Shown: in pieces, positions 1 through 18,291 of the stretch
Position numbering within the stretch: the stretch's first letter is position 1
Layout: each line of letters opens with the position of its first letter
Source of the DNA: the human T2T-CHM13v2.0 reference genome, Homo sapiens
Assembly: GCF_009914755.1 (NCBI RefSeq)
Contig: NC_060934.1
Direction: 5' to 3' (one strand)
Length of the DNA stretch: 64,000 nt
The notes under the pieces: generated by a model
What the model was told of the DNA's origin: nothing
Databases searched by the model: none
What the model saw: the letters and a program-made list of their open reading frames with translations, nothing else
Program-made: the position numbers and the translations under genes

Positions 1-1092
1 ACCCTGGGCAGTGAGGGGCTTAGCACCTGGGCCAGCAGCGGCTGTGCTCAATTTCTCGCCAGGCCTTAGCTGCCTTCCCGCGGGGCAGGGCTCCGGACCT
101 GCAGCCCACCATGCCTGAGCCTCCCCGCCCCTCCGTGGGCTCCTGTGCGGCAGGAGCCTCCCCTACGAGCGCCGCCCCCTGCTCCACGGTGCCCAATCCC
201 ATCGACCACCCAAGGGCTGAGGAGTGCAGGTGCATGGCACGGGACTGGCAGGCAGCTCCACCTGCAGCCCCTGTGCGGGATCCACTGGGTGAAGCCAGCT
301 GGGCTCCTGAGTCTGGTGGGGTCGTGGAGAACCTTTATGTCTAGCTAAGGGATTGTAAATACACCAATCGGCACTCTGTATCTAGCTCACGGTTTGTAAA
401 CACACCAATCAGCACCCTGTGTCTAGCTCAGGATTTGTGAATGCACCAATCGACACTCTGTATCTAGCTACTCTGGTGGGGACTTGGAGAACCTTTGTGT
501 CCATACTCTGTATCTAGCTAATCTAGTGGGGACGTGGAGAACCTTTGTGTCTAGCTCAGGGATTGTAAACGCACCAATCAACACCCTGTCAAAACAGACC
601 ACTCTGCTTTACCGATCAGCAGGATGTGGGTGGGGCCAGATAAGAGAATAAAAACATGCTGCGGGAGCTAGCAGTGGCAACCCGCTCGGGTCCCCTTTCA
701 CACTGTGGAAGCTTTGTTCTTTCTCTCTTTGCAATAAATCTTGCTGCTGCTCACTCTTTGGGTCCACACTGCCTTTATGAGCTGTAACACTCACCATGAA
801 GGTCTGCAGCTTCACTCCTGAAGCCAGCGAGACCACGAACCCACCGGGAGGAACGAACAACTCCAGACGCGCCGCCTTAAGAGCTGTAACACTCACCGGG
901 AAGGTCTGCAGCTTCACTCCTGAGCCAGCAAGACCACGAACCCACCGGAAGGAAGAAACTCCCAACACATCCGAACATCAGAAGGAACAAACCCCGGACA
1001 GGCCGCCTTGAAGAACTGTAACACTGACCGCGAGGGTCTGCGGCTTCATTCTTGAAGTTAGTGAGACCAAGAACCCACCAATTCCGGGCACA
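1..1092 (+). mobile_element. LTR12 (ERV9/ERV1) solo LTR, 5' part outside window
   Basis: GC-rich U3 start, ~40-bp CCAAT/TCTAGCT tandem units, AATAAAA core promoter, tandem U5 units GCTGTAACACTCACC, terminus ...CCAATTCCGGGCACA at 1092, no PBS/internal sequence after it. Confidence 0.93.
340..740 (+). promoter_or_regulatory. LTR12 enhancer/promoter: NF-Y CCAAT repeats, GATA site, AATAAAA TATA-equivalent, poly(A) signal
   Basis: CACCAATC at ~362, 403, 444, 572; AGATAAG ~638; AATAAAA ~647; AATAAA ~733; matches known ERV9 LTR architecture. Confidence 0.7.
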
Positions 1093-1429
1093 AAATAAAT
1101 CATTCACTGGGATTGTGCCTTACAGATTATAGCCAGGAAAAAAAAAAGCAATTAGTGAAACCAGAAGGAAAACCTTGACTGTTATTACATTTTTGATAAA
1201 TATTAGTTTTGGTTTTTATAAATGTTAAGAATGATTAAAACAGTAGCTTCTGAGTCCTATAAAATTAATACAGTCCCATTTCTGAATTTACAAATACTAT
1301 CTTGGTAACCTTTCATGCTTGCAGGGGAGAAGAGCCTCGAGTCCTGCAGGGAGCCACACGAAGGTCTCTGTTTCATGCCAGTCTTCCAAATGCCCTATGA
1401 GAAGCTGGCAGCCCACATTTTCACCTGCT

Positions 1430-1716
1430 TTTTAATTTTGTTTTTATTTATTTAGTTTTTAGAGACAGGGTCTTACTCTTGCCCAGGCTCAAAACCCAGC
1501 TCATGCAGCCTCCAACTCCCGGGCTCGAGTGATTCACTCACCTCACCCTCTCAAGTAGCTGGGACCACAGGCACACGCCACCACACCCAGTAGTTTTTTA
1601 ATTTTTATCTAGAGATGGGATCTCACTGTGTTGCCGAGGCTGGTCTTAAACTCCTGGCCTCAAGAAATTCTCCTGCCTCGGACTGGGATTACAGGCATGA
1701 GCCACCACTCCTGGCC
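1430..1716 (-). mobile_element. AluJ
   Basis: T-rich tail, diverged Alu arms with small deletions. Confidence 0.85.
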
Positions 1717-1867
1717 TCATCGGCATTTTAGATGTTTACTTTTCAAACTTCCATCTCCTACCTTCTGCCCGGAGACTAGGTCCCTTGGGTCCCTAACTGG
1801 TTCGCTGGTTGATGTCTCACACACAATGAGTCCAGTGGGTGGGGGGAATTTTAGTGAGCAAAATTAA

Positions 1868-2173
<306 letters not shown>

Positions 2174-3039
2174 TAAGCCTTGCTTTACTGCAGGGCTTGT
2201 CCAACCTCATAACGGACTAATTTATATTTTACAGCTCTGAGAGAAGGTGTGGTGTACAGAACTTCCAAAACATACATGAGATAGAGCACGCCCGTTGCTA
2301 GTGATACCAAGGACACAATTTGGAAAGCATTGCACCACGCCATACACCTCTTCTGTCCTCAGGACAGTGGGAAAATGGTGAAGATAATAGTCACTGCGTG
2401 TCTGTATGTGCAAGAGCTATGCCATGCCTTTTGCAGGCATTACCACGTATGTAAGCTCCCAACAACCTGGCAAGCTAGGCGTCATCAACCCTTCCCCTTA
2501 GATGTGAGAGGAAGTCATTTGCAGCCACTGCAAGGTTCAAACACTGGAAGCGTCCAAACATCAAACCGCACTAAGAGGACATCTGTATGATTATCCATTC
2601 AAGAAATCGGGCCATTGTACTCAGCGAGGAACAATCCGCGATGGTGTGTGGTGCGTGGCAGTGGTGCACTCTGCTTCTGGCCAGTGAGGTCATGGTGGCT
2701 TTGACCATGAGATAGGGATGGCGTGGGGGCAGGGGGCATCCATGGATGCGTCACAAATAACTCAGTCAGAGGATACTTTGTGCTGTGCAAATCTCAGAAA
2801 TTCATGGAACAAAGGTCATTTATAATTGAATAGGAGTTACTGTAGATCCATGGGCTGGAGGAGACATCCCAGAAAGAAAGGCATGGTGAGATGGTGAGAA
2901 CCACCAGTGCCCTCAGCACGGAGGGACCCACGTAAGGCATTAAAAGAAGGGAGGAGGCAGGTGAATTTCTGGTTTTTTTTGGAGAGAGAACTGATAAACT
3001 GTATCCTTGTTTTTTTGTTTTTGTTTTTGACAGGAACAT

Positions 3040-3336
<297 letters not shown>

Positions 3337-3342
3337 AGGTGC

Positions 3343-3644
3343 TTTTTTTTTTTTTTTTTTTTTGAAGACAATGTCTCTCTCTGTTGCCTAGGCTGGAGCT
3401 CAGTGGTGCAGTTTTGGCTCACTGCAGCCTCACCCTACTCCCCGGGCTCAAGTGATCCTCCTCCCTCAGTCACCTGAGTAGCTGGGACTACAGGCACGCA
3501 CCACCATGCTCAGCTAACTTTTTTTCGGTATTTTTGGTAGAGACAGGGTTTTTCGATGTTGTCCAGGCTGGTTTCAAACAGCTATCCACCCACCTCAGCC
3601 TCCCAAAGTGCTGGGATTACAGGCATGAGCCATCGCGCCCGGCC
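3343..3644 (-). mobile_element. AluJ
   Basis: Poly-T followed by antisense dimer ending CCCGGCC. Confidence 0.85.
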
Positions 3645-4114
3645 CTATGTCCTCTTTCTGCTCCAGGATCTCACCCAGGAGACTGCATAGCATTTAGTCA
3701 TCATGTCTCCTTAGGCTCTTCTTGACTGTGATGGTTATTTAGATTTTCCTCGTTTTCAATGACTTTGACAGCTTTGAGGAGTACAGGTCAAGTATTTTAA
3801 GGAATGCTCTTCAATTTGGCTTAGTTTGACGTTTTTCCTGTGGACAGAGGTTATGGGTTTGGAGGAGGAAGACGAAAGAGGTAAAGTGCTGTTCTCATCA
3901 CATCATTTCAAAGGCACGTGCCATCAACTCCATTTATATGGCTGTTGACCTTGATCACCTGGGTAAGGTAGAGCTCATCAGTTTCCCATCTGTGAAGTTA
4001 CTCTCCCCTACCTCCTTTTCCTCCTATACTCTGGAAGTCCCCCTGCATGACTCACACTTAAGGCATGGAAAGTTAGGCTCTTCCCCCTTTAGAAGAGTCT
4101 ATCTACTTATTTGA

Positions 4115-4472
<358 letters not shown>

Positions 4473-5041
4473 TCCCTTTTTTAAAAAAAATTTGATCATG
4501 AATGTATATCAGCATGGGCTTGTGGACATTTATGTTATACTTTGTATAAATATTTATAAATACCAGTATGTTAATTATTTTGTTGCTTAAAGTACATCAG
4601 CTTTGGCGCTTGCGAGCTCCTTCAGTTGGCTCCAGTGTCTTCACTCCATGCACGTGTTTTGTTCATGTGTTTGTTTGTTGCAGGGGTGGGGGGTGTTTAT
4701 TGCTTTTGTTTTGGTTTTGAGCCCATTCTTACTTTCTGGCACTATAAGATGTTGGCTCTTCTTGTATATTCTCTAGAAACAGCCATTTCTTCAAGACACC
4801 CTGGTCCCTTCTATCAGAGAATGGTGTTAGAAACCACAATCTAGGTGCTGGGTGTGTGTGTTGTTACTGGGTAGTCATTCCTTCTAGGCTCACTCAGCAG
4901 ACGGCAAAGAAATATGTGTGTATACTAACCCACGTAGGTAGCCATCTGTATCTAAATTAAGCTAAACATGAGTTCACATTGATGGCTCCAACTCTAACTT
5001 GGCACTGCATGGATTATTCCAGCCTTCTCTCTCTGTCTCTC

Positions 5042-5173
5042 TTTTTTTTCTTTAATAGAGATGGGATCTTGCTATGGTGCCTAGGCTGGTCTTGAACTCC
5101 TGGGCTCAAGCAGTCTACCTGCCTCAGTCTCCCAGTGTGCTGTAATTACATATGTGAGCCACTGCACCTGGCC
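5042..5173 (-). mobile_element. FLAM / Alu left monomer
   Basis: Single antisense monomer. Confidence 0.75.
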
Positions 5174-5362
5174 CTCCAGCTTGCTCTTCTTGCTTGTCTG
5201 TAACCCTGCAATCCAACAGTAAGACACCTGACTCCTGCAACCTGCAATACATTACTTCATTGTTCAAGTCCAGTAGACTTGACTTAGTAACTAGACTAGC
5301 GGATTTGAAATTGTGAAACCATAACCCCATCGCAGCAATCTTACCAGCCAAAGTATAATGCT

Positions 5363-5654
5363 GGCTGGGCACAGTGGCTCACGCCTGTAATCCCAGCACT
5401 TTGGGAGGCCAAGGCGGGTGGATCACAAGGTCAGGAGATGGAGACCATGGTGAAACCCCGTCTCTACTAAAAATACAAAAAATTAGCCAGGCGCAGTGGT
5501 GGGCACCTGTAGTCCCAGCTACTCAGGAGGCTGAGGCAGGAGAATGGCATGAACCCGGGAGGCGGAGCTTGCAGTGAGCCGAGATTGTGCCACTGCACTC
5601 CAGCCTGGGTGACAGAGCGAGACTCGGTCTCAAAAAAAAAAAAAAAAAAAAAAA
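5363..5654 (+). mobile_element. AluY with small internal deletion
   Basis: Y diagnostics GAATGGCATGAACCCGGGAGGCGGAGCTTG; TSD AAAGTA(T/C)AATGCT. Confidence 0.9.
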
Positions 5655-6786
5655 GTACAATGCTGATGGGCACTCAGTGCATTTTCCCACTGGTCCTAGA
5701 GTCGGCATTCGTTCCCCAAGTGACTTCACCTAATCAGCACCTTCTCTCCCCACCTCCTCTAGTGAGGGTGTATCCTATGTTTGTAATGCAGTCCGTCTTT
5801 TGTCCTAGTCTTCATTCCATCCTGGGATCCTCTAGCTTCCTAAATAATTTTTTAATTTGCATAGATTAAGGTTAACTCTTTCTGTGGTAATGTTCTATGG
5901 GTTTTGACAAATGCATCATGTAATAGACCCAACATTATAGAATAGTTTCACCATCCTAAAAAATTCCTTATGCTTCACCTATTTTAACCTCTCCTTGTAT
6001 TTTTGTGTTTTTCCATTTTCAAGTAAGCAGATATTTTATACAAATAATGATACATAGGTAATTAGAAACCAGTGTAATCCTTAATTGCTTTATACAATAT
6101 ATTTATAATAAATAAAACGTTTTTCAAAATAATAATATTATAAACTGTGTTTATTTTGTACCTTACACACCTTATATCCCATGTTAGGTATAATAATGGA
6201 CAGGCTAAATCTTCATTATTGAGACATTGTGCTCTTTTGGAGTAGAGATAACTAAAATTACAGAAATATCACTATTCTAGATGAGGTCAGGACCTGGCCC
6301 CTGTGGCGAGTGGCAGAGTCAGTGTTTAAATATGGTTCAACTTTCCAGCCTTTCAGAACTGTCATAAATCTAGCGGCTGAAAATCTTAGCAAGGACCTTC
6401 TTTTGCATGCAGCCAACTTTTGCCCCACTCTATTTTCTTTTAAAGTCTAAATCATGTTTATTTGCAAACTCACAGTTTTGCAACAAAGGTAACATGATGC
6501 CACTCTGCACCCAAGATTGGAGCAAAATGCAAAAAATAATTGATTTACCCCCTTGCTTGTAGTCAATTGCTATTTTTCATTGACTACAGTTTTATGGTCT
6601 CGAGAGCGAATCTCATGGCGGTTAAACTTTTATGACTTACATTAATTCAGTGTCCTTGGCTGTCATGTTTCTCAACTTGCTGTCAAGCCACAGAAATATA
6701 TTTTTAGGATATTTCTAAGGGAAGCAGTGTGGAGACTTAGACAAAATTTGTGGCAAGATTTCTTGAGAAACTAAAGCAGGTGGCTT

Positions 6787-7490
<704 letters not shown>

Positions 7491-7654
7491 TTATTTGACC
7501 TCCATGTTCTCACTTATTCCCAATGGCTACGCATCAGGTGAGAATTCTACCACTGAACTATCCATGCCTCCTTATGGCTGTGTGACAAAGAGGATGACCG
7601 AAGTGACACCAGTGATGTCAAACAAGGAAGGGGAGACAATGATGGAGTGGATCA

Positions 7655-8023
<369 letters not shown>

Positions 8024-8135
8024 TCACTTAATCTGTTTAAAATTTTCTGCCTCTAACACACCCGCTCCTGATCATAGATAATAAATGTGGTGTAACCTTA
8101 TTCTTGCATTATGAGTCATGAACCCTGGATAATAT

Positions 8136-8358
8136 CAGGGCCCTGGGCTCTTTTGTCTTCAGAGGCCTTTCCTCCATTAAAAAAAAATTAAAATTATATT
8201 TTAAGGTTATGTTTGTATAAAGATAAATATATCAACAATATATATTAGAACATTTTCTCCTCTGACTTTAAAAGAAAGTAAAACATTTTGTGGGTGTCTG
8301 AAAGTATTGTGAGCCCTAAACTCTGTCCCCACCGTGCCTAATGAGCCATTGGCTCTGA
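8136..8358 (-). mobile_element. MER96B-like hAT-Tip100 MITE
   Basis: Reverse complement resembles recalled MER96B consensus (CATTAGGCAC..., TCTTTATAC..AAAATATAATTTT..TGGAGGAA). Confidence 0.6.
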
Positions 8359-8558
8359 CAATACTCTTTATCAATTGATAAGTGAGTGTAGCTTGCATGT
8401 GTCACCAAGTGGTGACTGAGTCCTGATGCCTGGAGTGGAGGATCAATGCTGTGTGTGACCGGGGGGGTCACTTTTATAGTGCTAAGCGCCAGTGGTTGAA
8501 TTCAACTGATCTTCATTCACTAGGTCTTTTCTCAAATGTCAGCGGAACATATATACAC

Positions 8559-8700
8559 GTTTTTTTTTAATTAAAAAAAAAATAGAGATGGGGTCTCGCT
8601 GTGTTGCCCAAGCTGGTCTTGAACTCCTGGGCTCAGGCAATTTTCCCATGTCGGTCTCCCAAAGTGCTGGAATTACAGGCGTGAACCACCATACCCAGCC
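8559..8700 (-). mobile_element. FLAM_C
   Basis: Single antisense left monomer. Confidence 0.8.
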
Positions 8701-9419
8701 TATGTGCACATTTTAATTAAAAAGTTCTATGAAAGCAAGCACTTGGGTGAATGAAGAGGGAATGAGTTTACTTAGAAAGAGTTTTGCACGTGGTTACTGC
8801 AGCCTCGCTCCATCCTGTGCATGTTTCTGTCCCATAAAACAACTGCCTGGAGAATAGCAAAGTGACCTGGAGCTGATAAGGTATCAAGGAACAGAGACTT
8901 GTCATTCTCTCCTCTGTGAAGATTCTGAGGGCATGAGCACTTGAAGAAAAATAACAGATAATACAAGATAAGATAAAAGAAAAAGCAAATTCCAAAGACT
9001 CTTCTTCCTGTAAATTAAATACTATTCTTAGGGTCTTTCACAATTTTTAGTATTTGTTATGATAGTCTGCAGAACAAAATAAGGTGTTTATTACCAAATC
9101 GATCTATCATCTGAATATAGCGTTTGCATTTCTGAAAATCAAATCACCAGAGAAGTTCACAAAGGAACCTCAGGATGAATTATTTTTTAGAGTAACAAAC
9201 ATCTTCTAGAATGTAGCCCTTCTGTAGGCTGGGGGAGTGGATTGGAACGTGAAAAGTGGGTTTCCTAAAAAAGTAGACACTGCGGGAGGTATAGCAGAAG
9301 GCATTTATTTTGCATTTGGGTTGCATTTTTCTAAACGACTTCTTCCAGATTTTTGCGTGACTCATGCCTTATCTTTGAGGTCTTAGCTTAATATTTTCCC
9401 CTAGGATGAAAACTTTGCT

Positions 9420-9665
9420 GACCACCCTATAGTTCTCTATGCCACTGTCCTATTTCATTTTCCTAATAGTACATGTGATCATCTGAAGCAGTTCAACACT
9501 TGTTGATTGCTGGTGGGTTCACTTGTTTGTTATTTATCTTCCACTACTAGAATGTAAGCTCCATGAGAGCAGACAACATATAGGTTTTATTCACTGTTGA
9601 ATTTTCAGCATCTAGAACGGTGCTGGCATGTGTTTGTTGAATGACTGATTGAATGAATGAATGAA
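9420..9665 (+). mobile_element. L2 3' end
   Basis: CTAGAATGTAAGCTCCATGAGAGCAG...TGTTGAATGA(ATGA)n. Confidence 0.8.
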
Positions 9666-10159
9666 CTCCAAGTGCCCTCCAGAGAACCCTGGAACCAGAT
9701 ATGGGAATATCTCTTGGAAGTAACTAGGAGATGTTAACTGGATCACTGTGTGTTAGAGCTGGAGGGTCCTGGACTGTCATCTGACCCACTCACACGTTTT
9801 GCCGATGAAGATGATGTAGTGGCACAGAGAGGTAAGAATTGCCCAAGGCAGAACCACGCAGAGGTTCACGGGGCCCCAGCTGTTTCCAATTCCTGAAGCA
9901 GGCCTCAAACCACAATTTCAAAATAAAGGCATATGAAAATCAAACAGGGTACCCACCAAAGTCATCTTCTCTAAGATAAATAAGTCTGTCTCCTCTCACG
10001 CAGCTGATATTAATCAAGGCGAGACTATCCGAACACCCAAAAACAAACAAGCAGTTCTCTCTCTTTAAGCTTTCAGCCCAAGCCAAGGAGCTTCTCACTC
10101 TCATTTCCTCTCCTTGCTTCCCGCTGTCCCTGACTCAAGGTGATACAAATGAAAAGACC

Positions 10160-10340
10160 TGAATTTATTAGGAGTTTACCATGTCTTGGGCATTATGCTA
10201 AGTGTCTGACATTCCCCATCTATTATCCTCATCTTATAGAAGGGGAATTTAGGCCGAGAGACTTGAGATATTGGCCTGAGGTCACAGAGCTAATAATAGT
10301 GGAGTTTGGGCACCATCTCAGGTTGTCTGACGCCAAGACC
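10160..10340 (-). mobile_element. MIR
   Basis: MIR core antisense (GGTCACAGAGCTAATA, TGTCTGACGCCAAG). Confidence 0.65.
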
Positions 10341-10545
10341 TGGATTCAAATATTGTACTTTTAACTTAATTTTTAAAATAGATTATACATTCACAGTGTT
10401 CAAAATTCAAAAAGTATATATAGGTTTACTATAAAAGCTCCCACCTACACAGAACCACACAGTTTCTGTCCCTAAAGGCAACCAACATAATGAGCTGCTT
10501 AGGGATTTTTCTAGAGATACTGTGTACATAGACAAGTCAGTGGAG

Positions 10546-10546
<1 letters not shown>

Positions 10547-10582
<36 letters not shown>
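10547..10582. repeat. (TG)n microsatellite
   Basis: Seen directly. Confidence 0.95.
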
Positions 10583-10584
<2 letters not shown>

Positions 10585-10659
10585 TGCATGTCTGTGTGTA
10601 TCCTTTTGTCAACTTTTTGCTGTGGAAAATGTTAAACATATAGAAAAGTGAACAGAATC

Positions 10660-11420
<761 letters not shown>

Positions 11421-11561
11421 TACAAACAGTAGCATAAAATTCATACTGTTTTGCATTTTGCTTTTTTCACGTAACAAAAATCATTAATCCATTCAACAGA
11501 TATTTAATGATGGCCTAACATTATTCTTTTTCATTTTTGAAGTAATTACTGAATATACGGT

Positions 11562-12210
<649 letters not shown>

Positions 12211-12589
12211 CACATTGGGACATAATAGCAAACAAAACAAGCACACAAAGAAATAATCCCCACCTTCATGGAATGTACATTTTAGTGGTTGTTTCCAAGC
12301 TTTGGCATTATAAACAATACAGCATTTTGCATAGAAGAGTGCAATCCATAAGGTAAATTCTTAGGAGCCAATTGACAACTCAGAGGGTAATGCATTTAAA
12401 ATTTTTATAGATATGCAACATTTTTCTTCAATTAAATTTTACCCATTTCCACTCCCACCAGCAACATGGGAGAGAGCCTACTCCCCCACACCCTCACCTG
12501 AGTAGTATTAAGGTGTTTTTTTTTTTTTTTTAATCTTTTCCCATTTCTTAGTTGAAAAACTGTCATCAGCATAGTTTTGGCTTTTTATT

Positions 12590-12732
12590 TTCTATTTTAT
12601 TATTACTATTTTTAGAGACAGGGGTCTCACTATGATATGCAGGCTGGTCTCGAACTCCTGGGTTCAAGCAATCCTCCCATCTCGTCCTCCCAAAGTACTG
12701 GGATTACAGGCATGAGCCACCACAACTGGCCT
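12590..12732 (-). mobile_element. FLAM_C
   Basis: Antisense monomer. Confidence 0.78.
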
Positions 12733-13008
12733 ATTTTCATTTATCTTAGAAGTAACATTAGGCTTCATTTTCATGTGTTTAAGAGACACTTTGATTTTCT
12801 CTTCTGTCCATTCATCATTTTCCTGTTTTTCTGTGAGCCTTTGGTCTTCTCAGTTTGTGGGTGCTCTATGTACCCTAGAGGAATAAGCCCTTTCTTTGCT
12901 CTGAGTTGCAAATATTTTTTCCTGTTTATTATTTCCCCTTTGCTTCGAGTGTGGAGATTCTTACCATTTGGAAAAAAATCTGATTTTTAAAAAATGTAGT
13001 CAAATTTA

Positions 13009-13312
<304 letters not shown>

Positions 13313-13409
13313 TGTAGTCAAATTTATAATCTTCTCTCTCATGGCTTCTGAGTTTTGCATCAGAGTTAGAAAAAGCTTGGATTGTTAGTCACCACGTTAT
13401 TTCACTGGC

Positions 13410-13750
13410 CAAGATTGTCTGAGTTAACCCACAGTAATAAATAACCACAGACTCTCACTGGTTTAACATAACGAAGCTAATTTCTTGATCACACCACACA
13501 TCCAGTACAGACCATCAGTGCCTGCTTTCGGTCTTGAGATCCGAGCTTCAGGGGCCGCCTTGACCTGTATGTCTATCATCACTGTGCCAGGAGAAGGCGT
13601 CGTGGCAAAGGGCACACCAGCACTTGAGGCTTTCACTCACATTTCATTGGCCAAAGCAAGTCCTATTCCCCACCTGAGCTCCAGGTGAGAGGGCAGTGCC
13701 ATTCTAGGTGTGCCCCCAGAGAAAGGGAATGTGCGTGAGGCCCCTTAATG
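13410..13750 (-). mobile_element. Old MLT1 (MaLR) LTR
   Basis: CACATTTCATTGGCCAAAGCAAGTC and antisense MLT1 3' end. Confidence 0.6.
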
Positions 13751-14614
13751 ATGGCCACAGGCTCCTCCTCCCTTGCTCGAGTCCAGGTGAAGAACTGTTT
13801 TTCTAGCAACCCCAGTTCTATGACTTTCCCTGACACATCCACATGCAAAGTAATGCAATAGAGACCCACATACCGGCAGATCGCTACTAGCTGAGTGTGT
13901 GACCAGTTTGAATATCTGGATGGGCCAAATGTTCACAATGGCCACACTTAACCACAAAACACAACAGCCTTCAATGTCCCAGCCCTTGACCTAAGCATCA
14001 CTGTTCTCCAAGCATGTGGAGGCTTCAGCTTTCTCACTTCGGGAGCCGAGTTGACACTGTTACGCACTGGCTAGTTTAGCTTTTTTGGGTGCAACATCTG
14101 GAGCAAATGTGTAACTTGATATTGGTCACTTTTACACAAAAATAAATAGTCTGTATCCGACAGACCCAGTGAAAGGTGCTGTTTGTTTAGACAGTGGATT
14201 TTTTGCAGAATTCACGAAGCCAATGGATCTTGGAACTCTCAACATAAACAATAAGGAAAATTGAAATAAACCCTTATAAAGCCTAAGAGACAGGAATGTT
14301 TTCTTCAGCGTGAATCATGAGCTAATTATTGTTCCTAAAACTGTAAAGCAAATTAATTATGCCTACTCAGCAGCTAGAGAACATGAAGGATCCAGCACCT
14401 GCCTTGTGTTCAAATATAGACTATTTAGAGACAAGAGGTGTGTTTGATTTTTCTGCTTGCTAGAACATATTCTCTCAAGTTTCTTCAAGCAGCAGGGTTC
14501 TCTCGTGAGGATATATACATGAGTAAAATGAGAAGCAGGGATCTCATAGGACCCTAAGGACGGAAGCCAGTGGATACCAGGACTTTGGTGGAATTGAGAC
14601 TGTATCCAAAGCAA

Positions 14615-14760
14615 GGCCCAGAATGGTGGCCCAAGCCTGTAATCCCAGCACTTGGAGAGGCCGAAGTGGGTGGATAGCTTAAGTTCAGGAGTTTGACACC
14701 AGCCTTGGCAACACAGTGAGACCTTGTCTCTACAAAATAATAAATAAATACCTAAATAAA
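14615..14760 (+). mobile_element. FLAM / Alu left monomer
   Basis: Monomer with (AAAT)n tail. Confidence 0.75.
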
Positions 14761-15055
14761 AAACAAATACAAAGCATTTCTAGGAGCTCATTCAGCAGCA
14801 GCAGTGGGGCTCTATTTAGAAGAACCCCAGGGGAAGAGCGGGCTTTTGAGTGACACGGGTGCCTTGGAGGGACGAACAGCAGTGGGAACCTCCATTATGT
14901 CCTGGGATGGAAAGCTGACAGGTCACGAAATGCAATGGTTAAGGAGCCAACACAAGTGTCAGTTGTCTTTTGAGGATCCAGGCCACGTGCTCACTACAGA
15001 CAGAGACAGTGAGGACAGAGACTTGGAAAATTATAGCATGAAAAAGATAAATCCG

Positions 15056-16200
<1,145 letters not shown>

Positions 16201-16532
16201 AGAGAAGCAATTCTTCTCGAAATCTTCACATTGGTTCTATACCCTTGGTATTTTCTACTTCTTCCTTGCCTCTCTGGAGTGGCTAAGACAGAAGGTGAGG
16301 GGACTGGGGGTTGCCAGTCACAGTGGAGGGCACAGGTACGGTACGTGTACTCAATGCTTAATGCAGACATCCAGCTCTTTTCTGCCACTCAACTGCCAGC
16401 ATGCTGGAGGTCAGACCCGTCCTCTTCAGCCAGGAGATTATAACAGCCTCGGGAGAATCTTACCAATATCTTAAGACACTGACATTAAGGGGTCCCCCAA
16501 CAAATGTCTGCACACCTCACACTCTAGTGTGA

Positions 16533-16916
<384 letters not shown>

Positions 16917-18291
16917 TGAGGATTAGCACACAGCTGAGAAGACTGAAACAAACAGAAAAGAATCAACTTGGAGAAAATAGAGACCATTCAGGAAGAAAAA
17001 CACTTTTATATATAATTAAAAACTTTAAATATATATAAAACATACATTAAAATTTTTAAATAAAGTTTTATGTATAATTTAAAACTTTAATATGTATAAC
17101 ATATATATTTATGTTATCTTATCTTGTCCCGGTACTGAGGTTTCTTCTTTCTCCTCCATGACCTACCACTTGGATCAGCTGAGAATCCTCATTTCACCCT
17201 CACAGAAATGTTCTTTGACTTACTCTTGGGAGCTGAAGGTAGATTATGTTAAGTTTAGACCCAGGAAGTTCTGGGTAGCCTACTTGCCTGACCATTCACT
17301 GCTGAACCCAGATCCTGCTCCACAAATGGATGCCTCAGTGATGTGCTCCCACGTTTCCAGGTTTCAACAATGGCCTTGTCCCTGACCTTTCCAGAAGGGA
17401 TGCTCTTACACATCCGGGGAATCTAAACCCAGAGATTCAGTTGAATTTCTTCTCCCAGGACAGCAATTTACTTGTTTGCTACTCAGTCAAAACGGAGCGA
17501 TGCATTTTTTGAGGATACAAACATGAGTTGGAAATCTATAAAGAAAAGCAAAGGAATCACTAACGCAGAAGTCTGGAGAGGGATTTCCTGAAGGTGGAGG
17601 CTAGGGGCTGTCTTAGAGAAGAGTATCAAAGGGTGCTTCTAAGCTACGGACATGATCCTCCTTCTGAGCCTGAGAGAAGAGTATGCAGGGATTAATTTTA
17701 TTCTTCTCTTGTTGGTACATACATGTTTTCTATTCTATTATGCATGATACATTTCACAAAAAATTTATTATTCTGATTTAAAAAAGAGTCAAATAACAGT
17801 GAATGATTTAAGAAAACAAACCAAATCAAAAGACTGAGGAAGCTCTGTGTTCAAAAAACAAACAAAAAAGGGTACATACATATGCACACATCCACACAAA
17901 CATGCACTCACACACACACACACACGCATTTGCCTGTGTCCATATAAAATGCCCATGGAAGGATCCATTAGAAAATGGTACTCCAAACTGCAAATGGGCC
18001 GCCTGGAGACCAGGGTTATAGAACTCTCACATTCTGTCCTTTTACAGTTTTGAATTTTGCCACACTTGAAAGTTTTGCTTAGAAAAAAACAAACAAAAAA
18101 AAACACCCTTTTTTTTAATAAAAAGAAAGAAGCCTGATAAAACCAAAGAAAATGTTATGGAGGATGCAGAATCATATCTTGCTGATAGGAGAGCAAATTG
18201 GTAAACCTCATTGGAAAGCAATTTGGAAATATCTCACCAAGTTGAGCCAGCAACTACACTCCTAGGTATATGCTCTAGAAAAACTTCTTTC

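Noticed and set aside
330-1060. Regularly spaced repeats resembling a CRISPR array
   Set aside because: Known LTR12 U3/U5 tandem repeats; no unique spacers, no cas genes, primate DNA
20-1107. Overlapping ORFs with repeated peptides
   Set aside because: Produced by LTR12 tandem units; no retroviral gag/pol/env
8495-8506. 12-bp palindrome GTTGAATTCAAC
   Set aside because: Expected by chance in 64 kb
17000-17110. Imperfect AT-rich ~60-bp tandem duplication; other micro-duplications at 37560-37605, 48729-48754, 51750-51790, 54925-54960
   Set aside because: Ordinary slippage products in low-complexity or repeat DNA
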